Part shown: positions 19,010 to 28,170 of the stretch, piece by piece
How positions within the stretch are numbered: the stretch's first letter is position 1
How the letters are laid out: the number at the start of each line of letters is the position of its first letter
Virus record (IMG/VR): IMGVR_UViG_3300028800_000081
Span: 9,133-73,132 of that record
DNA length: 64,000 nucleotides
Strand: one strand, 5' to 3'
Origin: a virus
Notes under the pieces: model-generated
Seen by the model: the letters and a program-made list of their open reading frames with translations, nothing else
Databases searched by the model: none
What the model was told of the DNA's origin: nothing
Position numbers and translations under genes: made by a program

Positions 19010-19525
19010 TCATGACGGTCTATTCTCCTCCAGTTGTTTCCGCGCGACGCCGATCAGGTCAGACACCCAATCGAGTGTCGCCTGTTTCGAAGCCTGAAAG
19101 TCCTGTTTTCCCATTGCGCGCATCGACTGGCTCTTCGCCGTGTAGCGCGTCACCGTAGCCTCTCGAACCGTCACGACCCCGAATTCGTCTGTCGGCCGGA
19201 TGAATGCCGCAACGCGCTTCGCCTCGGCCTTGGATGCGCAGACAAGGGTTTGCGTGTCGCAGTAGCCGGTCTGGATCAGTGCGCGCTTGCGGAGATGTTC
19301 CGGCGAGGGATACATCCCGGCGATCGTCTCAGGCAAATTCATCCAAGAATCTTTGAGCATCGCGAAATAATGCCTTCTCGACGCTTCCGAGGCCGGATGA
19401 ACGACGCTGACGAGATACCTCTCGCCAATGACAAGTTCAGCGTCGCAATCCCGTTGCCAGCGCTGCGACGCGGGGCGAAGTAGATCGCCCTCCCACACGA
19501 ACAGGATTTGCTTGTCGTCGCTCAC
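19010..19525 (-). CDS. NinB/DUF1367-like recombination accessory protein
   Basis: SRRHYFAML, EHLRKRALIQTGY and SQSMRAMGKQDF; adjacent to the recombinase. Confidence 0.55.
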   Translation of the reverse strand: MSDDKQILFVWEGDLLRPASQRWQRDCDAELVIGERYLVSVVHPASEASRRHYFAMLKDSWMNLPETIAGMYPSPEHLRKRALIQTGYCDTQTLVCASKAEAKRVAAFIRPTDEFGVVTVREATVTRYTAKSQSMRAMGKQDFQASKQATLDWVSDLIGVARKQLEENRPS

Positions 19526-19528
19526 TGC

Positions 19529-20650
19529 CTACGCCTTCGCGCCTTTCAGCCGATCGCGGTTTGTCTTATAGGTCGCGTTCCACTTCGGCCGGAGATCGTC
19601 TTCGCGGTTCTTCTGTGCCAGTTCGCGGCACACCTGATCGTCGATATGATCGAGGTCCGACATGGCGTCGCAGGAATCGGCGAGATCGGATTGCTTGCCA
19701 AGCCAGTCCGCCGTCTCGTCGGGCTCGCGTTGCTGCTCGGGCGCGGGCTTCTGATCCGCCGCTTGTTCTGGCGCATTGATGGGTTCGGGCTTCACTTCCG
19801 CCTTTGGCTTCGTCTCAGGCTCGATGGGGGCCTTGGCAGACGTTTCCTGCGGCACTTCGATCGCCGGCTTGCCGAGATAGTCCTCGCGCCGTGGGCGCTC
19901 TGTGGGCCGCGTTGCTGGCGCTCCCCCGTGGTCTACAACGCGGCCGGCCATTTCCTCGGCGGCGTATTCGCCCCCAAGCTCTTCCGGGTAGGCGCGACGC
20001 AGGGCCGCCGCTTCGGCACATTTCTCGAGCTGCCCGCGCGGCCTGCCTTCCCACATCGAATTTGGCAGTTCAGAAAAGTGGCTCTTCGTCGCGTAGGTTT
20101 CCTCCCAATAAACGCGCGGCCCAGGGAACGGCACGCGGTTCCCCTGTAGCATCCGGTAAAGCGTAATCTGCGCCCATTCCGGGAACGTGACGGTGGCCTG
20201 CTCTTCCTTGTGATCCCTGTTCTCGCCGAAGAAGGTTTTCTCGATGTCGTCGCCGAACACACATGGATCGCAACCAGCATAGGAGCCGGTTCGCATCGCC
20301 GTGGTGCGCAGTTCCGATATGCTCGGCCAAACGGTTTCAACGGTTTTCCGCAGCGCCGAATTGTAGACGGGCACGATGTGCACCGGCCTCTTGAACGGAT
20401 CGAGTTGGCGGGCGCGGCAATACGAAAGCGCCATGATGACGGATTCGAGGCTTTGAGCGCCGGGCCAAATGGATTCGACCAGTACGCGCCAGCCAGCACG
20501 ATCGACGCCGAAGCGTTCCTCGATCAGCGGGTGGTATGGAAGCCTCTCGGCCGCCAGGCGGACGACTTCCTGCCCCTTGGTGGGCTGCTCCGGCGGCAAT
20601 GTCTGCGCCTGCGTCTTGTCCTTCGTGGTGGTGGATTTCGCCATTGTCAT
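19529..20650 (-). CDS. bet: ssDNA-annealing recombinase, Bet/RecT family
   Basis: YCRARQLDPFKRPVHIVP, LRTTAMRTGSYAG and MW..RPRGQLEKCAEAAALRRAYPE motifs. Confidence 0.88.
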   Translation of the reverse strand: MTMAKSTTTKDKTQAQTLPPEQPTKGQEVVRLAAERLPYHPLIEERFGVDRAGWRVLVESIWPGAQSLESVIMALSYCRARQLDPFKRPVHIVPVYNSALRKTVETVWPSISELRTTAMRTGSYAGCDPCVFGDDIEKTFFGENRDHKEEQATVTFPEWAQITLYRMLQGNRVPFPGPRVYWEETYATKSHFSELPNSMWEGRPRGQLEKCAEAAALRRAYPEELGGEYAAEEMAGRVVDHGGAPATRPTERPRREDYLGKPAIEVPQETSAKAPIEPETKPKAEVKPEPINAPEQAADQKPAPEQQREPDETADWLGKQSDLADSCDAMSDLDHIDDQVCRELAQKNREDDLRPKWNATYKTNRDRLKGAKA

Positions 20651-20926
20651 GTTCCTACTTGTCGACGTCGTCGAAGATTGATCGGTTGCCGTTTTCGTCC
20701 AACATGGTGCCGTCCAGAGCGAACATCGGCCGTTCGTTCGGATGAAGCTTTACCTCCCAGTCTCCGCAGAATTCTTCGGCCTGCGTTGGCGGGAAGGCGG
20801 ATCGCGTTTCGAACACGCGGCCGGTCTCGTGGTCCCAGGATGTGTCTATGACGGCTGGCGACCGATGGTGGCATTCGCCGTTCGCCCACCACCGGCACGT
20901 CCCGCACGTCAGCCCCTGGATCGCGC

Positions 20927-21805
20927 TCATGCGCCCCTCGTGCTGGCTTCTTCGAAAATGACGGCGCCGCGGATTTCACGTCCGCCCGATTTCACGAAAG
21001 CCCTGACTGCCTGCTCGAGCCCAGCCAGCGGGATGTGCTGACGAAGCTTCTCAAGGTCCAGCGTGGCGCGGTCCAAATCACGGAACGTCCACTCCGTCTT
21101 GAGGCTCGAAACGCCTCCATGACCTCCGCGCGCGCGGGAAAGGTCCGCAAGATTGGCCGATGCCGACTTGTCCGCGGCCGCGCGGGCCTCGGCTGCGACC
21201 CGTTCCGCCGCCGCCGCTTCGTCGGCCCGCGCCTTCGCTAGCGCGGCCGCTCGGTCAGCCTTCTCGCGCTCTTCGACGTTCCGCTTGCGCGCCGCCGCAC
21301 GCGCCGCCTCGTCGGCCGCCTGCTGTGCCCTGAGGGCTTCAGCACGCCGCTTGTCTTCCTCGGCTCTGGCCTTCGCTGCCTCGGCTTCGCGAATGTGCCG
21401 CTCTTCCTCGGCAATCTTCAGCTTGTACCGGGTCTGGGCCGACTGGACGCGCTCCTTCACGCCGGGGGGGGCGTTCTTCGTCGGGGCCGTTAGCTTGTCC
21501 ATCGGCCCGCGAAAGAAGGCGTGCACGCGGCTCGCCTCGGTATCGTAGGGCTCCTTCTCGCCCTCGCGGGCAGCATCGAGCGCCTTCACGCAAGCCTGTA
21601 TCTGCTTGACGAATTCGGTCGCCTTGCTGTCCGCTTCCGGGCTGTCGATCTCCGGCATACGCGATTCCGCGGCGATCAGATCCTCGGCGCGCTTCGTCAG
21701 TTCTAGGTGCGTCAGGGTCAGATGGTCGTCTAGCTCGGCTCCCTTGCGGAGACCGGCGAGAATGTTGTGGCCGAGGCCGGTATCGGCTGCGGTGGCGTCG
21801 TTCAT
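20927..21805 (-). CDS. Coiled-coil phage protein (Gp157/Gam-like C-terminus)
   Basis: Long Ala/Arg/Glu coil; AVRAFVKSGGREIRGAVIFEE C-terminus. Confidence 0.55.
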   Translation of the reverse strand: MNDATAADTGLGHNILAGLRKGAELDDHLTLTHLELTKRAEDLIAAESRMPEIDSPEADSKATEFVKQIQACVKALDAAREGEKEPYDTEASRVHAFFRGPMDKLTAPTKNAPPGVKERVQSAQTRYKLKIAEEERHIREAEAAKARAEEDKRRAEALRAQQAADEAARAAARKRNVEEREKADRAAALAKARADEAAAAERVAAEARAAADKSASANLADLSRARGGHGGVSSLKTEWTFRDLDRATLDLEKLRQHIPLAGLEQAVRAFVKSGGREIRGAVIFEEASTRGA

Positions 21806-21814
21806 GAATTCCTC

Positions 21815-23086
21815 CTAGAACGGGGTTGGTAGCTTGTTGAAGTCGATAGGGCGCTCCGGTTGAGACACAGGATCGTTCGGATCGTTCTGCTCGCACCACC
21901 GCTGGTTATCCATCATGTAGTCGTATTCCTCGCGCGGGATCGGGTGCGAAGCGAGATAGGTCCACTGATCGGCTGGATCGCGCGCTTTGCCGCCGACTTC
22001 GCATTTGAGAACTTCGTCCGATGCCAGCGAGCCGTCTTCATCGGTCTCCGCTTCAAGCCAGATGCGCGCCGCGACCCACGGCCCATTGCGGACAAGGCGG
22101 CGGCGGTAGAATCCTGGCTGCGGCTCGTCTGTAATCCGCACCCCTGCCGCATCGCACCCCCGCATGGAGCCGTTGCGCTCATGGTATTCGAGCGCGCGCG
22201 TCCACCATGCGAGGGATTGCGACTCGGGGGTTGGGCTACGCACTCGGGGCTGGTTCCTTCATCAGATTACGGAACGCGGCCACGAGCGCGGCAATGTCCT
22301 CGTCCGACTTGCCGTAGAAAAACAGCACCACGTCCGATCCGTCCTTGTCCTCGATGCGGACAGAATGCGCCTGCGTGCTAATGTGGCTGTAGTGACTGAC
22401 CTTGGCGGGCCAGTGTATTGAAGCGTTCATGCTCATTTCGCCACCACATAGAACACGATCACGATCACAAATATTGCCAGCGCTGCCATGACGGCCGCTG
22501 CGTCTTCCAGTGCGGAAGGCTTGGGCGGGAGAGGTTCGTAGGTCATGTCAGGAACCCTTTGCCTTGGAGATGGCGGCATGCATCTCTTCGGTCAGCGCGG
22601 CGATTGCTTCGGTAGAATTCCCGCCCAATCTGGCGCACGCTTCGAGCTTGCGGACCGCGATATCCAGCGCCCAAAGCAATTCCGGCGCGGCTGAGCACAG
22701 GCGGGCATTCTCTCGCGCATCCGGCCCGTGAAACGTCGCAATGATGAATCCGCCGTTGTCGTTTGCGGAATGATTGAGCCGTTTGGCGCGCACCGTCGGC
22801 TCGTGGCTGACGTTGTGGGCGTCGACCCACGGTCCGGGTGTCACGCTCATGCCAGCACCAGCCGCACCTTGGCCCGCTTGGCTTCAAACCATTCGCCGAG
22901 CACCCTCAGATGGTGCGCACGCTTGCCTTCACGGGCGTCGTCATCCACAGCCATGTCGCAGAGCAGCGAGCCGATTTCCTGCGCCGGGACGCCGACCGAT
23001 TCGCCGTCGCCCCGCTCGATCGTCGCCTGGCTGAAGTCGCGACCTATGCGGCAGGAAAGCGCGTAGATATGGGCATTTTCTGGCAT
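21815..23086 (-). other. Small early-left genes (21815-22243, 22236-22436, 22548-22850, 22847-23086)
   Basis: Coupled ORFs; 22548 has the phage TPGPW...NARLCSAAPELL motif. Confidence 0.6.
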
Positions 23087-23133
23087 TGCGTGTCCCTTCG
23101 AGAAAGGCGCTTCGAACTCGCCCTTGCTGGAAT

Positions 23134-23198
23134 AGCATAGGGGGCCCTTGCTCGCCATGCAAGGGGGTATTGCACAAAGCAATAGATTGCCTCAATGT
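23134..23198. promoter_or_regulatory. Back-to-back early promoters with inverted repeats
   Basis: Minus strand TTGCAT-N17-TATGCT (23162-23134); plus strand TTGCAC-N17-CAATGT (23170-98); inverted repeats CCCTTGC/GCAAGGG and GCAAT/ATTGC. Confidence 0.5.
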
Positions 23199-23390
23199 GA
23201 TTCGACCCAAAGAAGCCCCGATGGATTGTGGGTTTCCTGCCAATGATAACGATGGAGGCGGAAATGAGCGGGATGCAAGAGGCGAGGAAAAGCCCTTGAA
23301 AGCCGCGATACACTCTCAGAAGTGCTCGATATCCTAGAGCGGGGCGCGGCGATTGGATGCCGCGCCCGCGCATTTCGTGAAAGATCGTAA

Positions 23391-23579
23391 ATGACACCCA
23401 AGCAGCTCCTATCCCAGATTAACGCTCACCTGAAAAAGACGAAGGAGAGCCCTTCGGCATTCGGCAAGCGCGTTCTGAACGATCCAGCGTTCGTGCTGAA
23501 GCTAAAGCGGAAACCCGCTCGGAAGCCATTCCCGCACACCGTCGACAAGGTGCTTGCGGCGATAACCCCAACCCAATGA
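23391..23579 (+). CDS. Cro-like HTH protein
   Basis: SPSAFGKRVLNDPAFVLKL, typical of alphaproteobacterial phage Cro-like proteins; first rightward gene. Confidence 0.7.
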   Translation: MTPKQLLSQINAHLKKTKESPSAFGKRVLNDPAFVLKLKRKPARKPFPHTVDKVLAAITPTQ

Positions 23580-23583
23580 AGGA

Positions 23584-24210
23584 TTGAACCACATGGCAGC
23601 AAAACGAGGAACGCGCGCTAAGACGCCCGCGAAGGGCAAAGCAAAGCGCGGAGGCAAAAAATCACGCGCGGAATCCATGACCGGCAAGAAAGCCGCCGAA
23701 GTCGAGGGCCGCACGGGCGAACTGGAACTCAAGGAAGTTGAGATCGACGACGGCGACTTTGACATGCATTTCCGGGCACTGAAGGGCGCAACGGATCGCA
23801 TGAAAACTGCGAAAAACTTGTTCGATGGCTGCTGCAAAGCCGCGAAGAAGGTCAGCCCGGAACTGCTCGACGCCGTGAAGCGCGCGATCAAGTTCGAAGG
23901 CATGGACACCGAGGACATCAAGCGGCAGTTGCAGATCGACGGCTATGTGCTGCGGAAGACCGGGGCCCCGATCCAAATTACGTTGCATGACACGCTTCTC
24001 GGGGACGTTGATGACGCCGCCGAGGCGCGCGGGCGCAAGGATGCGGAAGGCGGGAAGTTTGCCAGTAATCCATACCCGGCCGGCTCCTCGCTGCACGAGC
24101 GCTATAAGATCGGCTGGGGCAAAGTGTCGGCCGAGCGGATCGCCGGCGCCGACGAGCATCCCAACAATGGTGCCATCGAACTCCGCGAAGAAGCCGAGGC
24201 TGCGGAGTGA
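23584..24210 (+). CDS. Hypothetical protein with basic N-terminus and Rmf-like C-terminal motif
   Basis: GRKDAEGGKFASNPY...YKIGW. Confidence 0.55.
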   Translation: MNHMAAKRGTRAKTPAKGKAKRGGKKSRAESMTGKKAAEVEGRTGELELKEVEIDDGDFDMHFRALKGATDRMKTAKNLFDGCCKAAKKVSPELLDAVKRAIKFEGMDTEDIKRQLQIDGYVLRKTGAPIQITLHDTLLGDVDDAAEARGRKDAEGGKFASNPYPAGSSLHERYKIGWGKVSAERIAGADEHPNNGAIELREEAEAAE

Positions 24211-24728
24211 TCCTGGCCTTGGACCTGTCGACCGTCAAAACCGGGTTTTCCTTCGGCGGCCAGAATGACGGCGCGCCGAAGGGGGGCGTGTGGCGCATGC
24301 CAGGCGCTGGGGCCGACGTGTTCGATCGCACGCTTGGTGGCATTTACGAGTCCGTCCTGATGATGGCGCGCGCGATCAAGGCCGAGCGCGTCTGCATCGA
24401 AGCCCCGCTCCTGCTCAATGACAGCGAGCACGGGGCGGCGATCACCATGGCGCTGGTCCAGCTTACCGGGGCGGCGCGCGCGGGGGCGCACAATGCCGGG
24501 TGCCTCGTGAAATGCGTTGCCGTCTCGACGGTTCGAAAGCATTTTATCGGGATAGGCAACCTTCCGAGCAAGAAGGCAAAGCAGGCCGTCATGGACCGGT
24601 GCACGCTGTTCGGATGGCCCTACGAGGACGACAACCAAGCCGACAGCAACGCGGTCTGGAGTTGGGGTATGTCGACCTACTATCCAAAGTGGAGTCCGCG
24701 CTCGACGCCTCTCTTCGCCAAGCGATAG
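24207..24728 (+). CDS. RuvC-like Holliday junction resolvase
   Basis: ILALDLSTVKTG, VCIEAP, VRKHFIG...KQAV and DDNQADS. Confidence 0.8.
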   Translation: MILALDLSTVKTGFSFGGQNDGAPKGGVWRMPGAGADVFDRTLGGIYESVLMMARAIKAERVCIEAPLLLNDSEHGAAITMALVQLTGAARAGAHNAGCLVKCVAVSTVRKHFIGIGNLPSKKAKQAVMDRCTLFGWPYEDDNQADSNAVWSWGMSTYYPKWSPRSTPLFAKR

Positions 24729-24736
24729 GAGATCAA

Positions 24737-24792
24737 ATGCCAGCCTCCCGAAACGACCAATGGTCCGAAGAGGACAAGGAAACGCTCCGGAA
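24737..24792 (+). pseudogene. 5' fragment of a small gene (GcrA-like start) interrupted by the TnpB1 cassette
   Basis: RBS AGGAG; MPASRNDQWSEEDKETLR; continues as LRNYWP at 26094. Confidence 0.5.
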
Positions 24793-24817
24793 GAAAAGTG
24801 CGCCGTTAACTATCTGT

Positions 24818-24898
24818 TTGACATTTCTTCGCCGCCGCCCGATAAAGTTCGGGCTGATCCGACGTTTCCGCGTCGCCCAGCCCTGACCTTGACGGAGA
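24818..24898 (+). promoter_or_regulatory. tnpB1 promoter and hairpin leader
   Basis: TTGACA-N17-GATAAA; GGGCTG...CAGCCC-TGACC hairpin; GGAGA RBS. Confidence 0.65.
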
Positions 24899-24906
24899 GT
24901 AAGTCC

Positions 24907-26070
24907 GTGTCGGCTGACACCAACATAGCCACCCAATTTTTGACGTACAAGACGCGTCTGTTGCCCTCGCGCGGCCAGCACGACAAGATGCGCGCGGCCT
25001 TGGATCACACTCGCGATTTGTACAACGCAGCTCTCGCCGAGAGGATTGACTGCTATCGCAAGACTGGCAAAGGCCGAAGCTGGCCAGACCAATGTAAGGG
25101 CCTGACCGAATTACGCGCTGAGTCGGCTTGGACAATTTATCCTGTTTCTCTGCAACGATGGCCGCTGAAACAACTCGATTTGGCTTTTGCGGCATTCTTC
25201 CGGCGAGTCAAATCTCGTAACGGTCGGCCCGGCTTTCCGCGTTTTCGTGGCCGCGAATGGTTCAAGACATTCGGCTTCTCGGATCGTTTGGGCTGGGCAG
25301 TGAAAGGCTCTCGCCTTCGTATGAAGGGCATCGGGTCCGTTCGGTTGCATTTGCACCGCCCGCTGCCATCAAAACCAGTCGCCTGCAAGGTGAAGCGCGA
25401 AGGCCAAAACTGGTACGCGCTGTTGACTGTCGAAATTCCGTGCGTTGCTGAACATCGCGGCCCCGCAGTCGGGATCGACGTTGGTATCACTACGTTGGCA
25501 GCGCTTTCGACCGGTGAATTGATTGCCAATTCTAGGCCGTCCCGCCTGGCGCAGGCAGAAATTCGGCGTCGTCAACGCGCGCTCGCGAGGTGCAAGCGTG
25601 GGTCCAATCGGAGACGCAAGATTAAGGCGAGGCTGGCGGATCAGCATGCGAAAATCGCTCGCTCTCGCGAGACCTATTTGCATCAGATTACGGCCTCTAT
25701 TGCCGCGCGGTTCAGTTTGATTGCGGTAGAGAAACTGAATCTCAAGGGCCTCGCTGGCGGAATGCTGGCGAAGGAAGTTCACGATGTTGCATGGGGGCGC
25801 TTCAATCAATTTCTCCGCTACAAGGCCGCAAGAGCCGGTGGCAGTGTGATCGAAGTTGATCCAAATTACACTTCGCAGATATGTCCAGAATGCGGCGTCA
25901 TCAAGCGGAAGGAACTCTCTGAGCGGGCGCACTCGTGCCCGTGCGGTTGTGTGCTTGACCGCGATGTTGCTGCCGCAAAGGTCATTCTGCAGCGGGCCGG
26001 GAATGGTCCGTGGACACATAACGTGCCGGATGCGGCGCGTGTGTCCAGAAAGGTGCGGAGGGCTGCCTGA
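24907..26070 (+). CDS. tnpB: RNA-guided endonuclease TnpB (IS200/IS605 family), copy 1
   Basis: TYKTRLLP N-terminus, GFPRFRG, RuvC D (GIDVG), E (AVEKL), D (DRD), Zn finger CPEC/CPC. Confidence 0.95.
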   Translation: MSADTNIATQFLTYKTRLLPSRGQHDKMRAALDHTRDLYNAALAERIDCYRKTGKGRSWPDQCKGLTELRAESAWTIYPVSLQRWPLKQLDLAFAAFFRRVKSRNGRPGFPRFRGREWFKTFGFSDRLGWAVKGSRLRMKGIGSVRLHLHRPLPSKPVACKVKREGQNWYALLTVEIPCVAEHRGPAVGIDVGITTLAALSTGELIANSRPSRLAQAEIRRRQRALARCKRGSNRRRKIKARLADQHAKIARSRETYLHQITASIAARFSLIAVEKLNLKGLAGGMLAKEVHDVAWGRFNQFLRYKAARAGGSVIEVDPNYTSQICPECGVIKRKELSERAHSCPCGCVLDRDVAAAKVILQRAGNGPWTHNVPDAARVSRKVRRAA

Positions 26071-26113
26071 TGTCAGTCAACCGTATAATTCCCCTCCGGA
26101 ACTACTGGCCATT
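25992..26113 (+). ncRNA. omegaRNA 3' scaffold plus guide of TnpB1
   Basis: Stem with loop GGGAAT (25999-26004) pairs ATTCCC (26088-93); hairpin TGGACACA/TGTGTCCA followed by GAAA. Confidence 0.7.
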
Positions 26114-26128
26114 TCTCCGGCATTGACC

Positions 26129-28170
26129 ATGAGCGCCTCCCGGAAAGGTCTGAAGCGTCTCGGGCTTCGCCGGTATATCGTGGAAGGCCCGCGTCCGATG
26201 GTCATAGAGCGGGACCGCCCCTGGCGCTGGTTTGTTAGGCCGGCGTCCTATCCCAACGCGCCCGGCGGGTTCTTCTCGCAGACATTCCGGCGCCTTCGGT
26301 GCGCGCGGGCCTATGCGGAAGCGCAGGCGGGGATCGAACCATACCCCTATCTTGATATTCCTGTCTGTCTTCGCCGCTGGAAGCCGGGAGCGCGGACTTG
26401 ACGAATCTCGCGGGACAGTCATTAACTATTCGCGTCGGGGCGACGGTCTCGGCAAATGCGGCTGTCAGCCAGTCTCAGAGCGTGAATGCTGCAAAGCACT
26501 CCCTTCGAGGCTGAGACTGGCGGCAGTTCCTTGAAGGGGAAACGACATGCCTCAATCACTCAAAGACGCACTTGAACGCCTAGCGGTTGCGGGCCGGTAT
26601 CGTCCGCCTGGCGACATTCTGGCTGGCCCGCGCCGTCCAGAGCCGTTCCGCTGGTGGGTCGATAGGGCGAACTGATGGGCAAACAATCCTCGGTCAATTT
26701 CAGTGACAAGGCGAAGCGCGCGCGCGGCATTGAGCCGAGCGATGCGCTGAAGGAAAACGAGCGGCTGCATCTCGAGCTGATGGCGGCACAGCGGGCCGTG
26801 ACGGCCAAGGAGGCCCTGATGCGGGGCCGGCTCGAACGCATCCGTTCCGACGTCCGCGCGGCCGTTGAGGCTATGGACGCCGGACGTCGCGGCGAAGGCA
26901 TGCAGATCCTCCGCGCGCTTGTGCGGCCCAAGGACGGCAAGCTTTCCAGCGGTGAGCCCGCAGAGCCGGACGCGGCATGAGCGAAGATCAACCAAAATTC
27001 GAATATCGGTACATCCAGACTCGTCCGTGCGAGTGGTCCGTTTTTTTGATTTTCGACGACGAGTCGAACGTCTGGCGCCGCGTCGCCGTCTTTGTGAGTG
27101 AGGCGCGCGCGAAAAGCTACGCCGAAATCGAGCAGATGCGCGACGAGTGGGAAGGTGACAAGGGCGGCGAGGAAGGCGAACTGCTGTGCCAGATAACGGC
27201 GCGCGAACTCCCGGCCTCCCGCGTCACGCCTGATCGCATGATCCGCCGCGAGAGCATCGCGCACACCAGGATCGAACGTACCGAGGAAATCAGCCGAGCC
27301 GCTGTTGCGCTATTAACGCGCGAGGATCTCGCTGAGCTTCCCGCCGCGGTCATTGCGGAATTGAGCCCTGCCGCGCAGGCAGTTGCACTTTCACCCCCGG
27401 AACCTGCAATTGAGGCCACGCCTGTTGCTGTTAAAGGCAACACTCCAGAGCCGCCCGACGACGGCGCCGAGGAATATCCGCCCCTGCCAGAAGCGATCGA
27501 CTGCGCGACGCTTGAGCCGCTGACGGCGCTTCAGTTCAAGGTGCTTTCCGCCGTCCTCATGACGCGCGGCGCGGAAACATCCGGCGTCGCCTTGGACAAG
27601 GCGTCGGGCGTCATTGGCGCGTCGACACACACTCTTTCGCTCGCGAAAAAAGGCTACATCAGAATCCGCAAGCTTGGAAAGCATCGCTACGCCTATGACG
27701 GCCTGACGTTCGGGGCCCCGCGCGTAGGCGTGTACGATTCGAAAGCTGGGAAATGCGTCGGAAAATATGACGCGCCAGCCTCATTGCCTTCCAAAGCCGT
27801 TGAGCACCGACCTGCAGAGGTTGCAGCGGCTACCAAACCAGCGCAGAAATCAGAACCGGCGCGGGTCGCACCTATAAGTATCAGCCCCTCACCTGCAAGT
27901 AAGCCGTCTCACGCCCGCCCGACGCCTCCCAACGGCACACGCTTCCCCATCGCTGGCGACCCCGAGCATGGCCGCAGCGCGCTCGACGCCGACGATGGCC
28001 GCATCCATGTCATCTCCTACCTGACGCGCAAGGGTCACACGGTGTCGCTGGCTGAAGGTGGCTGGCGGGTGGATGGGCGGATCAAGCGCGTCGACGAAGC
28101 ACTGGAGTTGATCAACAGCTACCGCGCCAAGGCGGAACTTCCGCCCGCGCTCGCGAGCATGCTGGCATGA
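26129..28170 (+). other. Hypothetical ORFs (26129-26401, 26675-26980, 26977-28170 with possible winged HTH)
   Basis: Coupled ORFs leading into dnaB. Confidence 0.5.

Noticed and set aside
24806-26430. CtrA boxes (TTAACTAT at 24806 and 26422)
   Set aside because: Only half sites; the second TTAA of TTAA-N7-TTAA is missing.
26450-26500. c-di-GMP-I riboswitch (GGCAAA...GCAAAG words)
   Set aside because: The required P1/P2 stems and GNRA/receptor are not found.
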